Shown: positions 38,979 to 48,560 of the stretch, piece after piece
How the letters are laid out: each line of letters opens with the position of its first letter
How positions within the stretch are numbered: the stretch's first letter is position 1
DNA from: Candidatus Gottesmanbacteria bacterium
GTDB taxonomy: Bacteria; Patescibacteriota; Microgenomatia; 2-02-FULL-39-11
DNA: 64,000 bases
NCBI GenBank assembly: GCA_016195685.1
Contig: JACPZE010000002.1
Location: 4,177-68,176 of the forward strand
Direction: 5' to 3'
The notes under the pieces: generated by a model
Databases searched by the model: none
Told to the model about the DNA's origin: nothing
Seen by the model: only the letters and a program-made list of their open reading frames with translations
Position numbers and translations under genes: made by a program

Positions 38979-39806
38979 ATGAAAAAAATTGCCTTTTTAG
39001 GAATCCCGGGATCATTTAGTTTCATCGCAGCCAAAAAGTATTTCGGTAATGATGTTTCTTTGACAGGCCAAAAAACAGTGAAAAATGTGTTTTCAACCTT
39101 AATACAGCGGCAAACGCAATTAGGAGTGGTACCTATTGAGAATTCGACAACAGGAAGTATATTGGAAACTTATGATCAGCTTATGGAAAACAATCTACAA
39201 ATTTGTGGAGAAGTAAGGCTAAAAATCCATCATAATTTATTGGTTTTGGAAAAGAATGTAAATTTAAAAGACGTTTTTAAATGTTACTCTCACCCTCAGG
39301 GGATAATCCAATGCCAAAAATTTTTTGAGAACCATACTTGGATTGAACCGGAAACTGTCGGGGATACCGCCACAGCAGCACAAATGTTGGCATCTTTGAA
39401 ATCTAGAAATGCAATTGCAATCGCTAGTGGTCAAACAGCGAAAATCTACGGGTTACAAGTTTTAACTAAAAATATCGAAGATAATAAAAACAACTTTACC
39501 AGATTTGCTGTTATAAGGTTGGAGAAAAATCAGTCCGGAAACAAGGCTACAATCGCCTTTTCAGTCAAACATATTCCTGGAAGTTTATTTAAAGCCATCA
39601 AGCCTTATGCAGATTTAGGCTTAAATCTTACAAAAATTGAGTCAAGGCCTATTTTTGGCAAAAGCTGGGAATATATATTTTTTATAGATTTTGAGATCGG
39701 TACCGACCTAACCAAATTTATGGAAATGATAAAGCGGATGAGAAAAGTTACTGATACAGTTACGATTTTGGGTTTATATGACAAAGGAAAAATTTATGAG
39801 ACTTGA
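38979..39806 (+). CDS. pheA: Prephenate dehydratase with a C-terminal ACT domain. The likely start is MKKIAFLG.
   Basis: IAFLGIPGSFS N-terminus, PDT domain and ACT domain. Confidence 0.85.
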   Translation: MKKIAFLGIPGSFSFIAAKKYFGNDVSLTGQKTVKNVFSTLIQRQTQLGVVPIENSTTGSILETYDQLMENNLQICGEVRLKIHHNLLVLEKNVNLKDVFKCYSHPQGIIQCQKFFENHTWIEPETVGDTATAAQMLASLKSRNAIAIASGQTAKIYGLQVLTKNIEDNKNNFTRFAVIRLEKNQSGNKATIAFSVKHIPGSLFKAIKPYADLGLNLTKIESRPIFGKSWEYIFFIDFEIGTDLTKFMEMIKRMRKVTDTVTILGLYDKGKIYET

Positions 39807-40062
39807 TTCAATACGCAATAAAATTGATTTAATTGATAATAAACTGTTACAACTTTTGACAAAAAGATTACTACTTGTAAAACAATTAAGTTTCGTTAAA
39901 CATGGGAATTTATTGCCGATTGAAGACAAAAGTAGGGAAAAAAAGATACTGCAGCGCTTAAAAGCAAAAGCACGCACGTTAAACCTTTCCCGTGATTTTG
40001 TCACAAAAGTATTTCGGCAAATTTTAGAAGAATCAAAAAACATTCAAAAAAATACGCTATGA
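39796..40062 (+). CDS. Chorismate mutase (AroQ class, type II). The likely start is MRLDSIRNKIDLID.
   Basis: RxxIDxID...LL.R pattern of AroQ chorismate mutases. About 88 aa. Confidence 0.75.
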   Translation: MRLDSIRNKIDLIDNKLLQLLTKRLLLVKQLSFVKHGNLLPIEDKSREKKILQRLKAKARTLNLSRDFVTKVFRQILEESKNIQKNTL

Positions 40063-40925
40063 GAAATTTTCCAAAAAAAATAGTCATTATTGGAGTGGGT
40101 CTGATTGGGGCTTCACTCGCTTTGGGACTCAAAAAATATTTTGGGGCAAAAATATCAATTTTAGGCTCCTGTAGTACGCCTAAAAAAACTAAATCTGCAC
40201 TAGAAGATCATATTATTGATTCTGGAATATTTAATATCAAAAACATTCCGAAAGATGTCAAACTCATTATCCTTGCCACACCTGTTAAAACATCTGTTGA
40301 GATTCTCAAAATTATTGGCAAAAGTGCTTTACGAAATTGTTTAATTATGGATGTTGGGAGCACTAAACAATTTATAATAAATGCTGCTAATAAACTTCAA
40401 ACACCGGGAATCTCCTTTATTGGAACCCATCCTATGGCTGGAAAAGAAGCGTCTGGCTTTAAACATGCAGACGCAAACCTGTTCCGTAATAAACCTTGGA
40501 TCGTTTGCAACGAAGTAACTACAAGTACAAAAGACCTAAATATCGTCAAAAACATTCTTACCATTTTGGGGGCAAGATTATTTTTAATGGATGCACAAAA
40601 ACACGACGAGCTTACTTCGTATATCAGCCATGTACAATTGGTACTGTCGAGCATTTTGATCAATCTAGTTTCCGGACAAAAAAATTGGAAAAAGATGAGG
40701 AGTATCGCTTCAAACAGTTTTCGCTATGCGACTCGTGGTGCTAGTCATAACCCACTGGTGAAAACGGATATCGTCTTAACAAATAAAACAAATATCATCA
40801 AAGCATTGGAAAATATTAAAAAAGAAATTGATAAATTTTGCCAGATGCTTTCACAATCAGATGAAAAACAACTTTTGTCTTATTTTCACAACGCAAAATT
40901 GATTCGTGATGAATGGCTAAATTAA
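40059..40925 (+). CDS. tyrA: Prephenate dehydrogenase
   Basis: Rossmann IVIIGVGLIGASLA and prephenate-dehydrogenase core HPMAG. Confidence 0.85.
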   Translation: MRNFPKKIVIIGVGLIGASLALGLKKYFGAKISILGSCSTPKKTKSALEDHIIDSGIFNIKNIPKDVKLIILATPVKTSVEILKIIGKSALRNCLIMDVGSTKQFIINAANKLQTPGISFIGTHPMAGKEASGFKHADANLFRNKPWIVCNEVTTSTKDLNIVKNILTILGARLFLMDAQKHDELTSYISHVQLVLSSILINLVSGQKNWKKMRSIASNSFRYATRGASHNPLVKTDIVLTNKTNIIKALENIKKEIDKFCQMLSQSDEKQLLSYFHNAKLIRDEWLN

Positions 40926-40926
40926 T

Positions 40927-42021
40927 ATGAAGATTTTCTTTCAGGAAAAAACGAAAGTTGAAATACCTACCCAACAAACCAACTATATAGTTGGGTCAGA
41001 TTTGCTGGCAAAATTGGATGGCATCCTTACAAAACATAATATGCAATATAGTAGCTTTTTAATCCTTTCAGATAAAAAGGCTTTTAGTCTGTTTGGAGAT
41101 AAGATAATTACTTCATTACAAAAATTAGGAAAACCGGTTATTACTTCAACAATTGTGTCAAGTGAACAAAACAAGGAGTTAAATAAGGTTACTGAAATAG
41201 TAAAACCGTATTTCCAGCAGGGCTTTAATCGTAATACCTGTCTTATTTGTCTAGGTGGTGGCATAATAACGGATATAGGAGGTTTCATCGGATCTATACT
41301 TCTGCGAGGAATTGATTGTGTTTTACTACCAACCACTCTTTTGGCTCAAATTGATGCGGCTATCGGAGGAAAAACTGGAGTCAACTTTTCGATGGGAAAA
41401 AATATATACAAAAATATGTTAGGCGATTTTAAACAGCCAGCTTTGGTGATTTCTGATGTAGACACGTTGACTACATTACCGGAAAAAGAAATAAGAAACG
41501 GCCTTGGAGAAATGGTGAAATACTGGATAGGTTGGGAAAAACCATCGTTTGATGAATTGCTAACCATTGCTTCATCCCCAAAAAGTGAAGAACTTGCCCA
41601 AATAATTAATATGTGTCAGAAGATTAAAATTGAAACAATAAAAAAAGACCCACAAGATATTTTGGGCGAAAGAGAAAAGCTAAATTTAGGTCATACAATC
41701 GGGCATTCAATAGAAGGAGCAAGTAACGGAAAACTTTCTCACGGAGAAGCAGTGAGTATCGGCTTAGTTTCTGCTGCAAAATTAAGTCTATGGATGGATA
41801 TGCTATCTGATGATGTTTTTGAAAATATCTTAAAAAACATTATTTCTCTTGGGTTACCTATACAAGTAAAAGATATCGATAAAAGAGAAGTTTTATCTGC
41901 GATGTCTCTTGATAAGAAAGGTGGTACTTTTGTTTTGATCAAAGATTTTGGAAGTTTAATAACCGGAGTAAAAGTCGAAGAAGAATTAGTTAAAAAAGTA
42001 ATTTCAGAGGTAGTTTTATGA
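40927..42021 (+). CDS. aroB: 3-dehydroquinate synthase
   Basis: GGGIITDIGGF nucleotide-binding motif. Metal-site HTIGHSIE and SHGEAVSIG. Confidence 0.9.
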   Translation: MKIFFQEKTKVEIPTQQTNYIVGSDLLAKLDGILTKHNMQYSSFLILSDKKAFSLFGDKIITSLQKLGKPVITSTIVSSEQNKELNKVTEIVKPYFQQGFNRNTCLICLGGGIITDIGGFIGSILLRGIDCVLLPTTLLAQIDAAIGGKTGVNFSMGKNIYKNMLGDFKQPALVISDVDTLTTLPEKEIRNGLGEMVKYWIGWEKPSFDELLTIASSPKSEELAQIINMCQKIKIETIKKDPQDILGEREKLNLGHTIGHSIEGASNGKLSHGEAVSIGLVSAAKLSLWMDMLSDDVFENILKNIISLGLPIQVKDIDKREVLSAMSLDKKGGTFVLIKDFGSLITGVKVEEELVKKVISEVVL

Positions 42022-42464
42022 AAATATTAGTGATTAATGGACCAAATTTAAATATGCTGGGTAAAAGAGATGCAAAGCAATATGGAACGCTTACACTGGC
42101 ACAAATCAATAAACAATTAGGTAGTTTCGCTGAGTCTTTAAGCGTATCGCTTAAATTTTTTCACTCAAATCATGAGGGGGAAATTATAGATTATCTTCAG
42201 GAAGAAACAGATTCTGCTGATGGCATTCTGATAAATCCTGGTGCCTTAACTCATTATGGGTATTCACTACGGGATGCATTAATCGATACCAAACTACCAA
42301 TAGTAGAGGTTCATTTATCAGATATAGATAGAAGAGAAGACTTCAGAAAAATCGACGTTTTGGCTGGAATTGCCCTAGACAATATTAAAGGATTGCAAGA
42401 AAAAAGTTATATTTTAGGATTGGAGAAACTTATAAATTACATCCGAAATAATTCAAAAGTATGA
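42018..42464 (+). CDS. aroQ: 3-dehydroquinate dehydratase, type II
   Basis: ILVINGPNLNMLGKR and HSNHEGEIID are type II DHQase motifs. Confidence 0.9.
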   Translation: MKILVINGPNLNMLGKRDAKQYGTLTLAQINKQLGSFAESLSVSLKFFHSNHEGEIIDYLQEETDSADGILINPGALTHYGYSLRDALIDTKLPIVEVHLSDIDRREDFRKIDVLAGIALDNIKGLQEKSYILGLEKLINYIRNNSKV

Positions 42465-43702
42465 AAGTTGTAATTAAGCCGTCAAAAGTAAGTGGCACTA
42501 TAGTTGCCCCGCCGTCTAAAAGTTACACACATAGGGCTATTATTTTAGCTGTACTTTCTGCTGGGAACTCGCTGATAAAAAATGCTTTGATATCTAACGA
42601 TACAAAGGCTACCATTGAAGCATGTAAATTATTAGGTGCAAAAATTAAACGGAGTGGTAATAATATTGAAATTGAAGGCACTTGTGGAGATTTTCCAAAG
42701 AAAAAGTCACCAGTAACAATCGACTGTCATGAATCAGGTACAACTATCAGATTAATGACAGGAGTAGCAACTATTTCGTCTTCAAAAGTAGTTTTAACCG
42801 GTGATAAAAGATTGATGAAAAGACCCATAGGAGAACTTGTAAGAACGCTGAAATCTCTAGGCGTTAATATTAGCGCTTCTGGAAATAATCAATTTTCTCC
42901 AGTAACAATAAAGGGTGGTAGTTTCAAGGGAGGAAAAATAAACATTTCGGGGAAGATGAGTTCTCAATTTATCAGCGCCCTACTTTTAATTGCCCCATTT
43001 GCAAAAAAAGATACCGTGATGATCGTAGAAGATCTAAAATCTAAACCGTATGTCGATATAACGCTAGATATGATGAAAACTTTTGGGGTAGAAGTGGAAA
43101 TAGATGGAAATATATATAAAGTGAAAGCAGGACAAAAGTATAAAGCGCAAAAGTATACAGTAGAAGGGGACTATTCCTCTGCTTCATATTTTTTTGCGGC
43201 TGCAGCTATCACGAATTCTAAAATTACAGTTAAGAATTTAAATCCAAATTCTGTTCAAGGTGATAAATATTTTTTGGAAGTTCTAAAACAGATGAATACG
43301 AAAAACCTGCATGGAATTGATGTAAATCTGGAAAATTATCCTGATATTGTTCCATCTGTGGCAATTGTAGCTGCAAAAGCATCAGGTGAAACTAGGATAA
43401 ATAATATAAAACATTTGCGAACTAAAGAATCTGACCGTATCCAGTCAGTAGTTTCACAACTGTCTAAGATGAGAATAAAAGTCAAAACTACTGATGACTC
43501 GATGATTATATCTGGTGGAAATTTAAAAGGAGCATTAATAGATACTTTTAACGATCATCGAATAGCGATGAGTATGGCAATTGCGGGTCTTGCAGCAAAA
43601 GGGGAAACAATCATAAATAATGCAGAAGTGGTAAATAAATCGTATCCCGATTTTTGGAAAGATTTAGAAAAAGTTGGTGCAAAAATAAAAATAATAAATT
43701 AA
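42461..43702 (+). CDS. aroA: 3-phosphoshikimate 1-carboxyvinyltransferase (EPSP synthase)
   Basis: 413 aa with PSKSYTHRAI and LRTKESDR motifs typical of EPSPS. Confidence 0.9.
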   Translation: MKVVIKPSKVSGTIVAPPSKSYTHRAIILAVLSAGNSLIKNALISNDTKATIEACKLLGAKIKRSGNNIEIEGTCGDFPKKKSPVTIDCHESGTTIRLMTGVATISSSKVVLTGDKRLMKRPIGELVRTLKSLGVNISASGNNQFSPVTIKGGSFKGGKINISGKMSSQFISALLLIAPFAKKDTVMIVEDLKSKPYVDITLDMMKTFGVEVEIDGNIYKVKAGQKYKAQKYTVEGDYSSASYFFAAAAITNSKITVKNLNPNSVQGDKYFLEVLKQMNTKNLHGIDVNLENYPDIVPSVAIVAAKASGETRINNIKHLRTKESDRIQSVVSQLSKMRIKVKTTDDSMIISGGNLKGALIDTFNDHRIAMSMAIAGLAAKGETIINNAEVVNKSYPDFWKDLEKVGAKIKIIN

Positions 43703-43704
43703 TT

Positions 43705-44235
43705 ATGAATATTATTCTTATCGGTATGAGAGGAAGCGGAAAAACAACGATTGGAAAAGCTTTAGCCAAAATATTAGATTTTGGTTTTATTGAAACGGAT
43801 GAATTAATAGTTGCTAAATCTGAATTTTCAACAATCACAGACATTGTTAAGGAAAAGAATTGGTCATTCTTCCGAAACTTGGAATCTCAGATAATGCAGG
43901 ATCCTGATATAACAGCAAGAGATGATGTCGTTATAGCAACTGGTGGAGGAGTAGTAACAGACGGAAAAAATATCGAGAATCTTAAAAATGCCAAGAGTGT
44001 TTTTATTTGGCTTAAATGTTCTATAAATGAAATTATTAAACGTATAGGTAATGATACATCTCGCCCATTAATTACAAACTCTGATAGTTTTATTGATGAT
44101 TTACGAAAAGTTTATAAGGCCAGAGAGCAACTTTATAAAAAATATGCTGATATTATAATTTCATCAGAAGAAAAAGCCGAGACAGTTGCGGATAATATTA
44201 TTGCTAAATTAAAAGAAAAAACTTACTATGATTAA
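43705..44235 (+). CDS. aroK: Shikimate kinase. The likely start is MNIILIGMRGSGKTT.
   Basis: P-loop GMRGSGKTTIGK, about 176 aa. Confidence 0.85.
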   Translation: MNIILIGMRGSGKTTIGKALAKILDFGFIETDELIVAKSEFSTITDIVKEKNWSFFRNLESQIMQDPDITARDDVVIATGGGVVTDGKNIENLKNAKSVFIWLKCSINEIIKRIGNDTSRPLITNSDSFIDDLRKVYKAREQLYKKYADIIISSEEKAETVADNIIAKLKEKTYYD

Positions 44236-45067
44236 TTCAAAAACTAAACTTTGTTGCATCATCGGAAATCCAGTGGAACATTCTTTATCTCCACAAATGC
44301 ATAACGCGGCATATGAATATTTGCACTTAAACTATGCCTTCTTAGCTTTTCGAGTTACTGATGTAAAATCTGCTTTGGTGGGACTAAAGACGCTAGGAGT
44401 TAAAGCCATTTCCGTAACAATCCCTCATAAATTAGAGATAATGAAATATTTGGATAAAATAGATGAGGTAGCAACAAAAATTGGAGCGGTTAATACAATT
44501 ATAAATAACAATGGTAAACTTTTTGGCACAAATACTGATTGGATTGGGGCTTTAACTGCTCTGGAAGAAAAAACAACTCTTAGTGGAAAAAAAGTGGCAC
44601 TTTTGGGTTCAGGCGGAGCAGCCAGGTCAGTTGCTTATGGACTCATCCAAAGAAAGGCTCATGTTTTCGTTTTTAATAGAACAATTGACAAAGCAATTAA
44701 ATTAAAACAAGAATTTGACTTAAATGGCGCTTCTGCATTTACTGATTTGAGCTCTATTTCTACGATGGATATAATAGTCAACACAACTTCTGTGGGAATG
44801 ATTCCTGATATTGATAAATCCCCAATTCCGCTTCAGATTATAAATTCAAAACAAATAGTTTTTGATATTGTCTATACACCAAATGATACAAAACTAATAC
44901 AATATGCTAAAGAGAAAAAAGCGGGAATTGTGTACGGCCATAAAATGCTCTTGTACGGAGTAGCTAAACAGTTTGAGTTATTTACAGGAAAAGAAGCGCC
45001 GCTGGATATAATGAAAAACATTTTAATTACTAATTTACGCTCGCACGGGCAACCCTTACTAGGCTAA
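44228..45067 (+). CDS. aroE: Shikimate dehydrogenase
   Basis: IGNPVEHSLSPQMHNAAY N-terminus. NAD(P) motif GSGGAARSV. NRT motif. Confidence 0.9.
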   Translation: MINSKTKLCCIIGNPVEHSLSPQMHNAAYEYLHLNYAFLAFRVTDVKSALVGLKTLGVKAISVTIPHKLEIMKYLDKIDEVATKIGAVNTIINNNGKLFGTNTDWIGALTALEEKTTLSGKKVALLGSGGAARSVAYGLIQRKAHVFVFNRTIDKAIKLKQEFDLNGASAFTDLSSISTMDIIVNTTSVGMIPDIDKSPIPLQIINSKQIVFDIVYTPNDTKLIQYAKEKKAGIVYGHKMLLYGVAKQFELFTGKEAPLDIMKNILITNLRSHGQPLLG

Positions 45068-45071
45068 TAAC

Positions 45072-46226
45072 ATGCTTAGATTTTTGACAGCGGGTGAATC
45101 ACATGGTCCAGCAGAAGTGGCCATACTTGAAGGCGTTCCAGCCGGACTATCATTAAACCATAACGATATTCAAAAAGAACTGGAAAAACGTCGCGCAGGC
45201 GCCGGACGTGGGGGGCGTGGAAAAATTGAGGGAGATACAGTAAAAATCCTCTCCGGCGTAAGACACGGCAAGACTTTAGGCAGTCCAATTACTCTTCTTG
45301 TTGAAAATCAAGATTTTGCTAATTGGAATGAAAAAATGAGTATCGAAGATAATCCTAAAGTTGAAAAAGAAGGAATAAAAATTACCAATCCCCGACCAGG
45401 ACATGCTGATTTAGCAGGAAGTTTAAAATATAGATTTGATGATATAAGAAATGTGTTAGAACGTGCTTCAGCCCGAGAAACGGTGATGAGGGTAGCTGTT
45501 GGTGCCGTTTGCAAAAAATTATTGAGAGAATTTGATATATCAATTGCTAGCCATACTATTCAAATCGGTAAAATCAAATTAGAGAGACAACCTGAAGATT
45601 TTGACGAAGTGGCAAAAGTATACAAGACCGACCCGGAAATTCATTGTGTAGATAAGGAAACTTCCCAAAAAATGAAAGCAGAAATTTTGGCAACTACTAT
45701 CAAAAAAAATACACTGGGTGGAGTAATAGAAATTGTCGCACATAATATGCCAGTGGGATTGGGAAGTTATGTACATTATGACCGAAAATTAGATGGTCGT
45801 ATTGCCCAAGTATTGATGAGTATACCTTCTGTTAAAGCTGTGGAGATTGGGGAAGGTATTGGTAATACTGAAAAATATGGTTCTCAGGTCCACGATGAAA
45901 TTTTCTATCAAAATGGAAAATTTGTACGAAAAACTAACCGCGCTGGGGGACTTGAAGGAGGAGTTACCAACGGACAAGACATAATTTGTCGTGTTTACCA
46001 TAAACCACTCTCAACTGTGGGAAATGCCTTAAAAACTGTCGATATAAAAAGTAAAAATCCGACCAGAGCAGTAGTTGAAAGATCAGATATCTGTGTTATC
46101 CCCAGAGCCGGAATAATTTCAGAATGTATGTTGGCGTATGTTTTAGCCGATAGTCTGCTTGAGAAATTCGGTGGCGACTCAATTTCAGAAATAAAATATA
46201 ATTACCATAATTTTAACCGCGGGTGA
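45072..46226 (+). CDS. aroC: Chorismate synthase
   Basis: TAGESHGPA and GRGGRG.. motifs across the full length. Confidence 0.9.
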   Translation: MLRFLTAGESHGPAEVAILEGVPAGLSLNHNDIQKELEKRRAGAGRGGRGKIEGDTVKILSGVRHGKTLGSPITLLVENQDFANWNEKMSIEDNPKVEKEGIKITNPRPGHADLAGSLKYRFDDIRNVLERASARETVMRVAVGAVCKKLLREFDISIASHTIQIGKIKLERQPEDFDEVAKVYKTDPEIHCVDKETSQKMKAEILATTIKKNTLGGVIEIVAHNMPVGLGSYVHYDRKLDGRIAQVLMSIPSVKAVEIGEGIGNTEKYGSQVHDEIFYQNGKFVRKTNRAGGLEGGVTNGQDIICRVYHKPLSTVGNALKTVDIKSKNPTRAVVERSDICVIPRAGIISECMLAYVLADSLLEKFGGDSISEIKYNYHNFNRG

Positions 46227-46251
46227 CGCGAAGGAGGGGTCCCATACGGAG

Positions 46252-47529
46252 ATGTATCGTAGTATGGGGATACCTAAGCGGCAGGACCCGCAAATTAAAA
46301 TCGTGACAAACAGATCAGTACTTTCTACAACAGGAGATAGTAAATATCTGCCGGAACTGGCTAAAAGACTACAAAATACCAGTGTATCGGTAATTAAAGA
46401 AATGATGTATCTGGGAGCACAAGAGCAGGCTTTGGGTAAATCTATCGTTTCTTTAGGAGTAGGTCTGCCTTTTTATCCCGCACCCAAACATATCCATGAT
46501 CATGTAAAGAAAATATTAGACGAAAAGCCAGATATCGATAAATATACTTTGCTTATTGGCCTTCCAACACTTCGCAAAATTGTTGCCGATATCTCAAGAA
46601 AAAGCTTGGGATTTCCAGTAAGTATAGATGAAATACTTATTACCCCTGGCAGTATGGCCGCTCTTTTTTATTCTTTATTGGCGCTTGTTAATCCCGGTGA
46701 TGAAGTGATACTACCATCTCCGTATTTTTCTTCAAATGCTGAACAAGTTTCCATCGCAGAAGGCATTGTTATACCAGTTCCTATGATTGAAGATAAAACG
46801 GTAGGTTTTAGATTAAATGTACCCGCTATAAAGAAAGCAATTAGTCCCAAAACCAAAGCCATTGTCATAAACAATCCACAAAATCCATCTGGAGCAGTAT
46901 ACGTGAAGGAAGATTTGAAAGAGCTTGCAGATATTTTGGCCGGTACGAATATCTACGTGATTACTGATGAAGTATATGATTACCTTATTTATGATAAAAG
47001 TGAGTGCTTCAATATTGCAAGTATTCAAAAATTATGGCCAAAGGTGATAAGGTGTGCGTCTTTATCGAAAAAATATGGAATGATGGGATGGAGGATTGGA
47101 TATCTACATACAAACCGCGATTTACTTATGAATATACTCAAAATTCACGATGCCAATATAGTTTGTGCACCTCATATCTCTCAAGAAGCAGCAATTGCAG
47201 CCCTCACTGGTCCACAAGATATAGTAAAGCATCATGTAGAATGGCTTGCCGAAAATAGGGATGCCATTTGTAAAAGACTCGATAACTTGCCTGATCTTTT
47301 TTCATATGTGCCGCCCAAAGGGGCATATTATGTTTTTCCGAAATATAACTTAAATATAAACAGTATTGAAATGGCCAAAAAATTACTTTACGAAGCTGGT
47401 GTAGTTACAGTGCCCGGAATTGGTTTTGGTCCAGATGGTGAATATCATCTTCGGATGTCTTTTGGATCCAGTGTATCCGATATAAATAATGCATTTGATA
47501 GAATAGAGAAGTTGTGGGAAAAGCAATAA
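46252..47529 (+). CDS. Class I/II pyridoxal-phosphate aminotransferase (aspartate/aromatic aminotransferase-like) closing the aromatic operon
   Basis: Fold-type I aminotransferase pattern, including a PLP-Lys region SLSKKYGMMGWRIGY. AAGGAGG SD upstream. Confidence 0.75.
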   Translation: MYRSMGIPKRQDPQIKIVTNRSVLSTTGDSKYLPELAKRLQNTSVSVIKEMMYLGAQEQALGKSIVSLGVGLPFYPAPKHIHDHVKKILDEKPDIDKYTLLIGLPTLRKIVADISRKSLGFPVSIDEILITPGSMAALFYSLLALVNPGDEVILPSPYFSSNAEQVSIAEGIVIPVPMIEDKTVGFRLNVPAIKKAISPKTKAIVINNPQNPSGAVYVKEDLKELADILAGTNIYVITDEVYDYLIYDKSECFNIASIQKLWPKVIRCASLSKKYGMMGWRIGYLHTNRDLLMNILKIHDANIVCAPHISQEAAIAALTGPQDIVKHHVEWLAENRDAICKRLDNLPDLFSYVPPKGAYYVFPKYNLNINSIEMAKKLLYEAGVVTVPGIGFGPDGEYHLRMSFGSSVSDINNAFDRIEKLWEKQ

Positions 47530-47531
47530 TT

Positions 47532-48560
47532 ATGGATAAAGAACTTAATGTCTTAAAACAAGAAACTTTAAATGCTATCGGGAAACTTGCCGATAATAAA
47601 AAGCTAAATGAACTATATTTAGATATTTTTGGCCAAAGCGGAAAGTTTACAAATCTTACCAAAAAACTTAAAACATTATCAGCTTCTGAAAAACCTCAAA
47701 TTGGAAGATTACTCAACGAAGTAAAAAAAGAATTAGAAACCGCGTTTGAAAAACACAAAAGTATAATTCGTAATTTTAAGCTAGCGGAATGGATTGATGT
47801 AACTGCATCCGGCAGTGGCCCATCAACTGGTCATCTTCATATTGTAAGTCAGGCAATTGCGGAGATAACAGAAATTTTTGAAAGAATCGGTTTTACCCGC
47901 ATGAGATATCCGGAAATCGATTGGGATTGGTATTCCTTTGAGTCATTGAATATGCCTGTTAATCACCCAGCCCGAGATGATTTTGAGACATTTTTTATAG
48001 ATTTACCTTCAAATCCCAAATTGGGAAAGGTCGTACTCTCTCCACATACTTCATCTGGACAAGTCAGAGAAATGGAAAGAGTAAAGAAACCACCGATAAG
48101 AATGATCAATATTGCGAAATGCTACCGTCCCAATTGGGATATCTCGCACACGCCAATGTTTCATCAATTTGAGGGATTAGTTATCGATAAAAACATAAAT
48201 ATTACCCATCTTAAAGGTACTTTTGACTATTTTGCCAAGGAATTTTTCGGCAAAGAGAGAAAAATCAGACTTCGACCTTTTCATTTTCAATTCACAGAGC
48301 CATCGTTTGAGGTGGATATCACCTGTGGAATATGCAGTGGCCGTGGTTGTAGATTTTGTAAAGACGGATGGTTGGAATTGGGCGGATCAGGAATGGTCCA
48401 TCCAAATGTATTGCGAGCCGGTAATATTGATCCGGATGTATATACCGGATATGCATTCGGTTGGGGAGTTGAGCGAACTTATATGATGAAGCAGGGACTT
48501 AAAATAGACGATCTACGACTTTTATATAGTAATGATATCAGATTTTTGGAGCAATTCTAA
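47532..48560 (+). CDS. pheS: Phenylalanine--tRNA ligase alpha subunit. The likely start is MDKELNVLKQ.
   Basis: Class II core motifs, including FRPFHFQFTEPSFEVD and GWGVER. Confidence 0.9.
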   Translation: MDKELNVLKQETLNAIGKLADNKKLNELYLDIFGQSGKFTNLTKKLKTLSASEKPQIGRLLNEVKKELETAFEKHKSIIRNFKLAEWIDVTASGSGPSTGHLHIVSQAIAEITEIFERIGFTRMRYPEIDWDWYSFESLNMPVNHPARDDFETFFIDLPSNPKLGKVVLSPHTSSGQVREMERVKKPPIRMINIAKCYRPNWDISHTPMFHQFEGLVIDKNINITHLKGTFDYFAKEFFGKERKIRLRPFHFQFTEPSFEVDITCGICSGRGCRFCKDGWLELGGSGMVHPNVLRAGNIDPDVYTGYAFGWGVERTYMMKQGLKIDDLRLLYSNDIRFLEQF

